Assembly: GCA_937974035.1 (NCBI GenBank) | Contig: CALJIV010000049.1 | Coordinates: 10,638 to 74,637 of the forward strand | Source of the DNA: an uncultured Phycisphaerales bacterium | GTDB taxonomy: Bacteria > Planctomycetota > Phycisphaerae > Phycisphaerales > UBA1924 | Length of the DNA stretch: 64,000 nucleotides | Direction of reading: 5' to 3' | The notes under the pieces: generated by a model | The model's input: the letters and a program-made list of their open reading frames with translations, nothing else | Databases searched by the model: none | Told to the model about the DNA's origin: nothing | Made by a program: the position numbers and the translations under genes | Part shown: positions 33,167 through 41,633 of the stretch, one piece after another | Layout of the letters: the number at the start of each line of letters is the position of its first letter | Position numbering within the stretch: position 1 is the stretch's first letter

Positions 33167-33583
33167 ATGACAGGCTTCCTCAAGGTGGAGGGCATCGAGG
33201 GCGAGAGCAAAGACGCAACGCACCGCCGCTGGATCGATGTCTCCAACGTGAGCTGGGGGATGTCCCAGGAAGCCGTTCCCGCGGTCGATGGGGGTCTGGC
33301 GCCGGGCGCCGCGGAAGTTCAGGCGCTTTCCTTCACCCATCGTTACGACCGGGCTTCGGTTCGACTCTTCGAGGCCTGCGCGACCGGCCGGATGATCGGC
33401 TCCATGATCTTCGAAGCCGTCGTGCCGTTCAGGGAGGACGAGCTTTACGTGTACCTCCGGGCCGAGTTCCAGGATTGTCTGGTGACCAGCGTCCAGACCT
33501 CCAGCGTCGGCGAGCACGTCATGGAGACGGTGGAGGTCGTCTTCCGCTCCGTCCAAGTCGAATCCTTTGATAAGCCCCTGTAG
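33167..33583 (+). CDS. hcp: Hcp (TssD) family protein, divergent short copy 3
   Basis: 138 aa. MTGFLKVEGIEGESKDATHRRWIDVSNVSWGM fits the Hcp start. It is ~25 aa shorter at the C-terminus than copies 1 and 2. Confidence 0.75.
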   Translation: MTGFLKVEGIEGESKDATHRRWIDVSNVSWGMSQEAVPAVDGGLAPGAAEVQALSFTHRYDRASVRLFEACATGRMIGSMIFEAVVPFREDELYVYLRAEFQDCLVTSVQTSSVGEHVMETVEVVFRSVQVESFDKPL

Positions 33584-33686
33584 CCTGGGGCGGTTGTGCG
33601 CTCCCGTGAATCGGGTATCGTGGGGCGCGTAAAAAACAGGACCCTTGACCAAGCCCGGGCTCTGGCCGGCGTGGGGCGCGTAACAA

Positions 33687-34583
33687 ATGACACCGGAAGA
33701 ACTTCTGCGTCAGGGAAAGCTCGACGAGTGCCTCAAGGCCGTGGAGGCCAAGGTCCGTTCCGATCCGGCGGACGCCAAGCTCCGCGTGCTGCTCTTCCAG
33801 GTCCTCGCCGTGATGGGCCAGTGGGACCGCGCCCAGACGCAGCTCCAGACCGCCGCGCAGCTGGACGCGGGCAACAACCTCATGGCGCAGGTCTGCAAGC
33901 AGGCGATCCTGTGCGAGCACCTGCGCGCGGAGGTGTGGGCCGGCAAGCGCACGCCCTTGGTGCTCGGCGAGCCCGAGGATTGGGTGAGCTGGATCATCCA
34001 GGCCGCGGCGATGACCGCCGCGGGTCAGCACGCCGCCGCGGAGGAGCTTCGCGCCCGCGCCTTCGACGCCGCCCCCGCTGTGGCCGGGAAGATCGTGGTG
34101 GGGGATGAGGAGTCCGAGCCGATCTCCTTTGAGTGGATCGCCGACGCCGACGAGCGCCTGGGCCCGATGCTCGAGGCGATGGTGGACGGCAAGTACTACT
34201 GGATCCCGTGGCAGCGCATCGCGCTGGTCAAGATCGACCGGCCCACCGATCTGCGCGACGTGGTCTGGCTCCCCGCCGAGTTCATCTGGACCGCGGGGGG
34301 GCGCTCCGTGGGCCTGATCCCCGTCCGTTACCCCGGCTCCGAGGATCCGCGCCACGAGGGCTTGGTGCGCCTCGCGCGCAAGACCGACTTCCTGGAAGAC
34401 AACGGTTTCCAATACCCCATCGGTCAGCGCCTGCTCGCGACCGACGGGGGCGAGTACCCGATCATGGAGGTGCGATCCGTGCGCCTGGGCGATGCGCCGC
34501 TGAACCCGATCGCCGCGCAGCCCGGCAGCACCGCATCGCTCGCCATCGACAGTTCGCTGAAGCCGGAGGGAGGCAATGGCTGA
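33687..34583 (+). CDS. tagJ: T6SS accessory protein TagJ (ImpE family)
   Basis: 298 aa. The N-terminus MTPEELLRQGKLDECLKAVEAKVRSDPADAKLRVLLFQVLAVMGQWDRA resembles TagJ/ImpE starts. Position between hcp and tssE matches H1-type loci. Confidence 0.85.
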   Translation: MTPEELLRQGKLDECLKAVEAKVRSDPADAKLRVLLFQVLAVMGQWDRAQTQLQTAAQLDAGNNLMAQVCKQAILCEHLRAEVWAGKRTPLVLGEPEDWVSWIIQAAAMTAAGQHAAAEELRARAFDAAPAVAGKIVVGDEESEPISFEWIADADERLGPMLEAMVDGKYYWIPWQRIALVKIDRPTDLRDVVWLPAEFIWTAGGRSVGLIPVRYPGSEDPRHEGLVRLARKTDFLEDNGFQYPIGQRLLATDGGEYPIMEVRSVRLGDAPLNPIAAQPGSTASLAIDSSLKPEGGNG

Positions 34584-35088
34584 ACTGACGACCACAGACA
34601 AACTCCAGCCATCATTGCTCGACCGTCTGCGGGACGACGAGCCCAAGCAGACGCAGGAGAGCCGCGACCGGCGCGTGATGTCCATGCGGCAGCTCCGCGA
34701 GGCCGTGCTGCGCGACCTCTCGTGGCTGCTCAACGCGGGCTGCCACCCGCTGGACGATGAGATCTATGAGTTCCCGCTGGTGGCGAAGAGCACCGTGAAC
34801 TTCGGCATGCCCGACCTGACGGGCCGCACGGCGTCCAACATCAGCCCCACCCGCCTGGAGCAGATGGTTCTGGAGGCCGTCGCCGCGTTCGAGCCGCGGA
34901 TCACGCGCAAGACGCTCAGCGTCCGCGCGGTCTCGTTCGGAAGCCGACGCGACATCCGCGGCAACACCGTGGGCTTCGAAATTTCCGGCGAACTCTGCCC
35001 GCTCCCCATGCCCGAGCCCCTGCTGCTGCGCACGCAGCTGGACCTGGAGACCGGGCGCTGCGAAGTGAAGTCGGGCACCGCCCGTTGA
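34576..35088 (+). CDS. tssE: T6SS baseplate protein TssE (gp25-like)
   Basis: 170 aa. LQPSLLDRLRDDEP is the typical TssE start. It overlaps the tagJ stop by 8 nt (ATGGCTGA). Confidence 0.9.
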   Translation: MAELTTTDKLQPSLLDRLRDDEPKQTQESRDRRVMSMRQLREAVLRDLSWLLNAGCHPLDDEIYEFPLVAKSTVNFGMPDLTGRTASNISPTRLEQMVLEAVAAFEPRITRKTLSVRAVSFGSRRDIRGNTVGFEISGELCPLPMPEPLLLRTQLDLETGRCEVKSGTAR

Positions 35089-35098
35089 CGGAGAGACC

Positions 35099-37042
35099 AT
35101 GGACCGGCGACTCCTCCGCTATTACGACCGCGAGCTTCGGCACCTCCAGTCCACCGCCAGGGAGTTTGCACGCGAGTTCCCCAAGATCGCGGGTCGTCTG
35201 GCTCTTGAGGACTTCCCCTGCGTCGATCCCTACGTCGAACGACTGCTCGAGGGCTTCGCCTTCCTCACCGCCCGCGTGCAGCTCAAGCTGGACGCCGAGT
35301 TCCCGCGCTTCACCCAGAACCTCCTCGAAACCGTCTACCCCACCTACCTCGCCCCGACGCCCAGCATGTGCGTCGTCCAGTTCAACCAGGATCCCGGCGA
35401 GGCGGGGTTGGCCGACGGCTACCACATCCCCCGCGGCACGGTCCTGCGCAGCCCCGCCACGCGCGACCTGGGCTCATGCGAGTTCCGCACCGCCCACGAC
35501 CTCTACCTGTGGTCGATGAAGGTGGAGGACGCTCAGTACTACACCCGCAACGTCGGGCTGCTCGATCTTGCCCGGCCCTGGGGCGGGCAGGCGGCGCTCG
35601 GCCAGCTTCAGATCGGGCGCGGGCCTATCCGCGCCGCCGTCCGCATCCGCTTCCGGACCACCGGCGCGGTTCCCTTCAGCAAGGTCAAGCTCGACGATCT
35701 GCGCCTGTTCCTCCGCGGCGGGGACTCCACCCCCGGCCGCCTTTACGAGCAGCTCTTCGCCCACGCCCGCTCCATCATCGTCCGACCCGCCATGCCCGGC
35801 AACGCCGTGGGGCCTTGGCAGGAGACGTTCGCGCCGGACATCATCCATCGCGCGGGCTACCGCGCCACCGAAGCGCTGCTGCCGTATGACGCCCGCGGGT
35901 TCCAGGGCTACCGACTGCTGCACGAGTACTTCGCGTTCCCGCAGCGGTTCATGTTCGTGGACTTCAAGGGCATCGGCGCGGCGATGCGCCGCTGCGAGGG
36001 CATGGCCCTCGACGTCATCATCACCTTCACGCAGGAAATGCCCGAGCTGGAAGGGGCGGTGGACGCGAACTCCTTCGCGCTGCACTGCACCCCCGCCGTG
36101 AACCTCTTCCCCAAGCGAGCCGACCGCATCTTCGTGAGCGACCGCGCCAGCGAGTTCCACGTCATCCCCGACCGGACCCGCCCGCTGGACTACGAGGTGT
36201 ACAAGGTCACGCGCCTGGTGGGCTACGGCGCGGGCACCAACGAAGAGACGGTGTTCCGTCCCTTCTATTCCGCGTCCGACAGCGACTCCAGCGCCCCGGC
36301 CTACTACGCCACGCACCGCGTTCCGCGCGTGCTCTCCGAGCGTGAGCGCCGCCAGGGCTCCCGCTCCAGCTACGCTGGCAGCGAGGTGTACGTGGCGCTG
36401 GTGGACGCCGCGAACGCCCCGTACAGCACCGACCTCAAGCAGCTCTCGGTCGAGACGCTCTGCACCAACCGCGACCTGCCCCTGCAGATGCCGGTGGGCA
36501 AGAGCAAGACCGACTTCACGATGGAGATCGGCGCGCCCGTGGAGTCCGTCCGCGTCGTCGCCGGCCCCACGCCCCCGCGTCCCAGCCACGTCGAGGGCGA
36601 GACGAGCTGGCGGCTCATCAGCCACCTCAAGCTCAACTACTTGTCGCTGATGGACGAGGACCTCGACGGCGACGGGAATATCACCCTCGAGGAGCGCCAG
36701 GGCGCCGCCGCGCTCCGCGACCTGCTCCGGCTCTACGGCAACACCGCCGACGCCGCGACGCGCAAGCAGATCGAGGGGCTCAAGTCCATCTCCACGCACC
36801 CCATCACCCGGCGCGTGCCCACCCCCGGCGTCGTCGCCTTCGCCCGCGGTCTGGAGGTCAACATCACCTTCGAGGAAGCCCTCTTCGAAGGCACCGGAGT
36901 CTTCGTGCTCGGCTCCGTGCTCGAGCAGTTCTTCGCCCGTTACGTGTCCATGAACTCGTTCACTGAAACTGTCATCAGTACGGTCGAACGAGGGGAGATC
37001 ATGCGTTGGAGTCCAAAGGTCGGACAACGCCCGGTCCTCTGA
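35099..37042 (+). CDS. tssF: T6SS baseplate protein TssF
   Basis: 647 aa. MDRRLLRYYDRELRHLQSTAREFAREFPKIAGRL is the conserved TssF N-terminus. Confidence 0.93.
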   Translation: MDRRLLRYYDRELRHLQSTAREFAREFPKIAGRLALEDFPCVDPYVERLLEGFAFLTARVQLKLDAEFPRFTQNLLETVYPTYLAPTPSMCVVQFNQDPGEAGLADGYHIPRGTVLRSPATRDLGSCEFRTAHDLYLWSMKVEDAQYYTRNVGLLDLARPWGGQAALGQLQIGRGPIRAAVRIRFRTTGAVPFSKVKLDDLRLFLRGGDSTPGRLYEQLFAHARSIIVRPAMPGNAVGPWQETFAPDIIHRAGYRATEALLPYDARGFQGYRLLHEYFAFPQRFMFVDFKGIGAAMRRCEGMALDVIITFTQEMPELEGAVDANSFALHCTPAVNLFPKRADRIFVSDRASEFHVIPDRTRPLDYEVYKVTRLVGYGAGTNEETVFRPFYSASDSDSSAPAYYATHRVPRVLSERERRQGSRSSYAGSEVYVALVDAANAPYSTDLKQLSVETLCTNRDLPLQMPVGKSKTDFTMEIGAPVESVRVVAGPTPPRPSHVEGETSWRLISHLKLNYLSLMDEDLDGDGNITLEERQGAAALRDLLRLYGNTADAATRKQIEGLKSISTHPITRRVPTPGVVAFARGLEVNITFEEALFEGTGVFVLGSVLEQFFARYVSMNSFTETVISTVERGEIMRWSPKVGQRPVL

Positions 37043-37092
37043 CCCCCGGCGCACGCCCGCCGGCGCAAGACCTCGACCCGCTCGAGGCGGTG

Positions 37093-38280
37093 ATGTCCAG
37101 CGCGCACAACGGGCAGGGCTCCGTGGCCGAAACGCCGCCCGAGCGCACCGAGGGCCAGGCCAGGGTCCGCAAGATCAGCCAGCGCAAGGCCGACCCCAAG
37201 GACCTTGAGGAGTTTTTGAGCGAGCTCGCGTACGAGACCTGGAACTACGACTTCTTCCAGGCGGTACGCCGCCTCGACGCCCTCCACCCGCACCTGCAGG
37301 GCATCGGCCGCTCGGATCGCGTCGAGGACGACCCCATCCGCTTCTGCCAGCAGCCATCGCTGGCCTTCCCCCAGAACACCCTCAACCGCTACGACCCGCC
37401 CGCCAGCAACAGGCCGGGGCGGCTCTTCGTCGCCTTCATGGGCATGCTCGGCCCCCACGGCCCGCTGCCCCTGCACCTCACCGAGTACGCCCACGAGCGC
37501 GAGCTGCACGTCAAGGACTTCACCTTCTCGCGCTTCCTCGACGTCTTCAACCACAGGCTCATCAGCCTGTTCTATCGCGCCTGGGCCGTCAACCAGATGC
37601 CCGCGAGCTACGACCGCTCGATGGCCGCGGCGGGCTACGACCCCAACACGATCACCGACGAGCTGCGGGAACGCGCCCTCCTCGAAGACGAGGACCCCTA
37701 CGCGATCTACATCGGCTCGCTCATCGGCCTGGGGATGGACTCCCTCCGCCTGCGCGACCGGGTGCCCGACACGGCGAAGCTGCACTACGCCGGACGTCTG
37801 AGCGCCGGGGCCCCCGGCCCCGAGGGCCTGCGCGCGATCCTGCAGGACTACTTCGGCGTCCCGGTCATGATCGAGGAGTTCGCCGGCCACTGGCTGGACC
37901 TGCCTCCCTCGGCGTACTGCGTGCTCGGGGGCGACCCCGTGGACAAGACGCCCTCCTCCCTGGGCGGGCCGCTCGGCGGGGCCGTCGTGGGCAAGAGGGT
38001 GTGGGATTGCCAGGGCAAGTTCCGCATCCGCCTGGGGCCCATGAGCTACGAGGATTACCAGCGCTTCCTTCCCGTCACCCGGACCGCCAGGCGGCTGGAA
38101 GCCTGGATTCGCAACTACGTGGGCGACGAGTTCGCCTGGGAGGCGCAGGTCATCCTCAGGCGGGACGAGGTTCCCCCCGTGCGTCTGGGAGGCGGCGCGG
38201 CCCTGGGGTGGACGACGTGGAGCTACAGCGGTTCTGCCGAAGAGGACCGCGCCGACCTGACCATCAGGAGCCGGAACTAA
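37093..38280 (+). CDS. tssG: T6SS baseplate protein TssG
   Basis: WNYDFFQAVRRLDAL is the conserved TssG motif. Start is uncertain: ATG at 37093 is used here, but the frame is open from TTG 37006, which would overlap tssF by 37 nt. Confidence 0.88.
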   Translation: MSSAHNGQGSVAETPPERTEGQARVRKISQRKADPKDLEEFLSELAYETWNYDFFQAVRRLDALHPHLQGIGRSDRVEDDPIRFCQQPSLAFPQNTLNRYDPPASNRPGRLFVAFMGMLGPHGPLPLHLTEYAHERELHVKDFTFSRFLDVFNHRLISLFYRAWAVNQMPASYDRSMAAAGYDPNTITDELRERALLEDEDPYAIYIGSLIGLGMDSLRLRDRVPDTAKLHYAGRLSAGAPGPEGLRAILQDYFGVPVMIEEFAGHWLDLPPSAYCVLGGDPVDKTPSSLGGPLGGAVVGKRVWDCQGKFRIRLGPMSYEDYQRFLPVTRTARRLEAWIRNYVGDEFAWEAQVILRRDEVPPVRLGGGAALGWTTWSYSGSAEEDRADLTIRSRN

Positions 38281-38329
38281 ACTAGGTGACGTCAAAAACC
38301 CGCGTTCCGCGGGGACTGGGGAGTGCGTG

Positions 38330-41074
38330 ATGGGCGAAGGTATTTCACGTTCGTCGCTGTTCGGCAAGCTCAACAGCATCGGCTACAAGGCCCTTGAGGG
38401 GGCGACCGTCTTCTGCAAGCTGCGGGGCAACCCCTACGTCGAGCTTGTCCACTGGCTCCACCAGATCATGCAGGCTCAGGACAGCGACCTGCACCGCATC
38501 ATCAAGGCCTGCGGCATCGACGCCGCCCAGCTCGTCGCCGACACCCAGAACGCCCTCGAGAAGCTCCCCAGGGGCGCGAACTCCATCTCCGACATCTCCG
38601 CCTCCCTCTGCGACGCTGTGGAGCGTGCGTGGGTCTACGCCAGCCTGAAGTGGGGCGAGACCAGCATCCGCACGGGGCACGTCATCTACGCCCTCATCAA
38701 CGAGACGAACCTCAAGCCCCACCTCCACCGCATCAGCCACCAGTACACCAAGATCATGCCCGAGCAGCTGGGCAGCCAGTTCCTCAAGATCACAGACGGC
38801 AGCCCCGAGGCGGTGCTCGCCGCGGCGGATCAGCGCGGCATCAGCGGCGCGCCCGGCGAGGCCAGCGGCGCCATGGCGCCCGCGCAGCTCGGCAAGCAGG
38901 AGGCGCTGAACAAGTACTGCAAGGACCTCACCGAGGCCGCCCGGAGCGGCAAGATGGATCCCATCGTCGGACGCGACGAGGAAATCCGTCAGTGCATCGA
39001 CGTCCTCATGCGCCGCCGTCAGAACAACCCCATCCTCACCGGTGAGGCGGGCGTGGGCAAGACCGCCGTGGTCGAGGGCTTCGCCCAGCGCATCGTGAAG
39101 GGCGACGTGCCGCCCCAGCTCAAGGACGTCCGCGTGCTGGAACTGGACCTGGGCCTGCTCCAGGCCGGCGCGAGCATGAAGGGCGAGTTCGAGAACCGCC
39201 TGCGCCAGGTGATCGACGAGGTTCAGGCCAGCCCCCGTCCCATCATCCTCTTCATCGACGAGGCCCACACCCTCATGGGCGCGGGCGGCGCGGCGGGCAC
39301 CAACGACGCCGCGCAGCTCCTCAAGCCCGCCCTCGCCCGCGGCACGCTCCGCACCATCGCCGCCACCACCCAGAGCGAGTACAAGCAGCACTTCGAGAAA
39401 GACCCGGCGATGACCCGCCGCTTCCAGGTCATCAAGGTGGACGAGCCGGACGAGAAGAAGTGTCTCCTCATGATCCGCGGCCTGGCCTCCGTCATGGAGA
39501 AGCACTTCAAGGTGCAGGTGCTCGACGAGGCGCTCGAGGCCGCCGTCAAGCTCAGCAAGCGGTACATCCAGGGCCGCCAGCTCCCTGACAAGGCCGTCAG
39601 CCTCATCGACACCGCCTGCGCCCGCGTCGCCGTGAGCCTGCACGCGGTGCCCGCCGAGATCGACGACACGCGCAAGCGCATCGACGGCCTCAAGACCGAG
39701 CTGGACATCATCGACCGCGAAATTTCCACAGGCAGCGACCACACCCGCCGCCGCGCAGACATCGTCTCCGAGCTTCAGGCCGCCGAGGCGCGCCTCAAGG
39801 AGCTTGAGGATCACTACGCGAAGGAAAAGGCGCTGGTCGAGAAGATTCTCGAGCTTCGCGCCAAGCTCCGCGCCGGCTCCGACCAGCCCATCGACTCCGA
39901 CGCCTCGGCGAACGGACACGCGAGCGGGCAGGCCGCTCCCGCGCCGGAATCCCGGAACGGCACGGCCAAGCTCTCCGAGGAGGAGCGCCTCAAGTACGTG
40001 GAGGAGCTGCGGACGCTCCAGAAGCAGCTCACCGAGATGCAGGGCGAGAACCCGCTGATTCTCCCCAGCGTCGATGCGCAGGCTGTCTCGGCGGTGGTGT
40101 CGGACTGGACCGGCATCCCGCTGGGCCGCATGGTGAAGAACGAGATCGAGGGCGTGCTGAAGCTCGCCGACACGCTCGAGAAGCGCGTCATCGGCCAGCG
40201 CCACGCGCTGGAGGCCATCGCGCAGCGCATCCAGCTCTCCCGCGCGAAGCTCGACAACCCCGGCCGGCCCGTCGGCGTGTTCCTGCTCGTCGGCCCCTCC
40301 GGCGTGGGCAAGACGGAGACGGCAATTGCTCTGGCCGAGGCGCTCTACGGCGGCACGCAGGGCCTCATCACCATCAACATGAGCGAGTACCAGGAGGCCC
40401 ACAAGGTCAGCCTCCTGATGGGCTCTCCCCCCGGCTATGTCGGCTACGGCAAGGGCGGCGTGATGACCGAGGCCGTCCGCCGCCGTCCCTACAGCGTGCT
40501 GCTGCTCGACGAGGTTGAGAAGGCCCACCCCGACGTCCACGAGATCTTCTTCCAGGTCTTCGACAAGGGCATGATGAAGGACAGCGAGGGTGTGGACATC
40601 AACTTCAAGGACACCATCATCCTGCTGACCAGCAACGTCGGCACGGATCTGGTGATGAACATGTGCAAGGACCCGGCCCTGCGGCCCGACCCCGAGGGGC
40701 TGGTCAAGGCGATCCGCGAGCCGCTGCTCAAGGTCTTCCCGCCCGCGCTGCTGGGCCGCCTCAACATCGTGCCCTACTACCCCATCAGCGACGAGATGAT
40801 GCGGAGCATCATCAAGCTCCAGCTCTCCCGCGTCGCGCAGCGCGTGCAGGAGGGCCACAAGGTGCCCTTCAGCTACGACCCCGCCGTGGAGGACACGATC
40901 GTCAGCCGCGTGACGGAGCTGGACAGCGGCGCCCGCGCGATCGACGCCATCATCACCCGTCAGGTGCTGCCCGCCGTGGGCCGCGAGCTGCTGGAGCGGC
41001 TCATGTCCGAGCAGCCCGTCAACCGGGTGCACATCGGCGTCAAGGACAGCGAGTTCGTCTACAGCTTTGAGTAG
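38330..41074 (+). CDS. clpV: T6SS AAA+ ATPase ClpV (TssH)
   Basis: ~914 aa with two Walker A boxes (GEAGVGKT and GPSGVGKT) and a Clp N-domain-like start. Gene sits between tssG and vgrG. A GTG at 38327 is an alternative start. Confidence 0.95.
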   Translation: MGEGISRSSLFGKLNSIGYKALEGATVFCKLRGNPYVELVHWLHQIMQAQDSDLHRIIKACGIDAAQLVADTQNALEKLPRGANSISDISASLCDAVERAWVYASLKWGETSIRTGHVIYALINETNLKPHLHRISHQYTKIMPEQLGSQFLKITDGSPEAVLAAADQRGISGAPGEASGAMAPAQLGKQEALNKYCKDLTEAARSGKMDPIVGRDEEIRQCIDVLMRRRQNNPILTGEAGVGKTAVVEGFAQRIVKGDVPPQLKDVRVLELDLGLLQAGASMKGEFENRLRQVIDEVQASPRPIILFIDEAHTLMGAGGAAGTNDAAQLLKPALARGTLRTIAATTQSEYKQHFEKDPAMTRRFQVIKVDEPDEKKCLLMIRGLASVMEKHFKVQVLDEALEAAVKLSKRYIQGRQLPDKAVSLIDTACARVAVSLHAVPAEIDDTRKRIDGLKTELDIIDREISTGSDHTRRRADIVSELQAAEARLKELEDHYAKEKALVEKILELRAKLRAGSDQPIDSDASANGHASGQAAPAPESRNGTAKLSEEERLKYVEELRTLQKQLTEMQGENPLILPSVDAQAVSAVVSDWTGIPLGRMVKNEIEGVLKLADTLEKRVIGQRHALEAIAQRIQLSRAKLDNPGRPVGVFLLVGPSGVGKTETAIALAEALYGGTQGLITINMSEYQEAHKVSLLMGSPPGYVGYGKGGVMTEAVRRRPYSVLLLDEVEKAHPDVHEIFFQVFDKGMMKDSEGVDINFKDTIILLTSNVGTDLVMNMCKDPALRPDPEGLVKAIREPLLKVFPPALLGRLNIVPYYPISDEMMRSIIKLQLSRVAQRVQEGHKVPFSYDPAVEDTIVSRVTELDSGARAIDAIITRQVLPAVGRELLERLMSEQPVNRVHIGVKDSEFVYSFE

Positions 41075-41088
41075 AGGAGGAGGGGAGG

Positions 41089-41613
41089 GTGGCAACCCAG
41101 CGCATACCCGGAGTTCTCGGCATCCTCGACGACGGCTTCCCGTCGTCGCTGGGGCCGTGGCCCTCCGGCTCCGCGGCTCCGCCCCTGCCCAACGGCCCCG
41201 CCGCGAGCGCCCTGCACCCCGTCTGCACGGCGGGGCTCGAGACCCCCGCGCACGCGGGGCTGGTCGGCGTGGAGTACGACGCCAACGGCTCGGCCGTGGC
41301 GACCCCGGAAGAGTTCGAGGGGTACACCATCCCCGACCGCTACCGCCCCTTCGAGATTCAGGGGGAGGTCGTCATGATCCGCTGCAACCCGCGCTGGCTC
41401 ACGATGGCCAGGGTGATCGCCGAGGTGGGCGACCCCGAAGGCAGCCAGACCGCGGAGTTCCTTCACATGATGCGCCACAGGCCGCAAGACTCGCGATCCG
41501 CCATCGCCGGCGTCCTCATTCCCTACTTCCGCTCATGGAAGAAGGATGACGTCGCCGACGCGCTCGAGCAGCTCGTCCGCCAGAAGAACCGCAGTCAGAG
41601 AATCGTCGCGTAG
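41089..41613 (+). CDS. hypothetical protein (174 aa) between clpV and vgrG
   Basis: Third-position G/C is high throughout. GTG start lies 14 nt after the clpV stop and the gene ends 20 nt before vgrG. No family was recognised, and there is no signal peptide or TM helix. Confidence 0.65.
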   Translation: MATQRIPGVLGILDDGFPSSLGPWPSGSAAPPLPNGPAASALHPVCTAGLETPAHAGLVGVEYDANGSAVATPEEFEGYTIPDRYRPFEIQGEVVMIRCNPRWLTMARVIAEVGDPEGSQTAEFLHMMRHRPQDSRSAIAGVLIPYFRSWKKDDVADALEQLVRQKNRSQRIVA

Positions 41614-41633
41614 CAGAGAAAGCAGGTTCCGCC

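Noticed and set aside
37006-37092. TTG start for tssG overlapping tssF by 37 nt (the longest ORF)
   Set aside because: It is not excluded. I preferred the in-frame ATG at 37093 because the extension is Pro/Gly/Arg-rich and lies over the conserved tssF 3-prime end. The choice does not affect the functional call.
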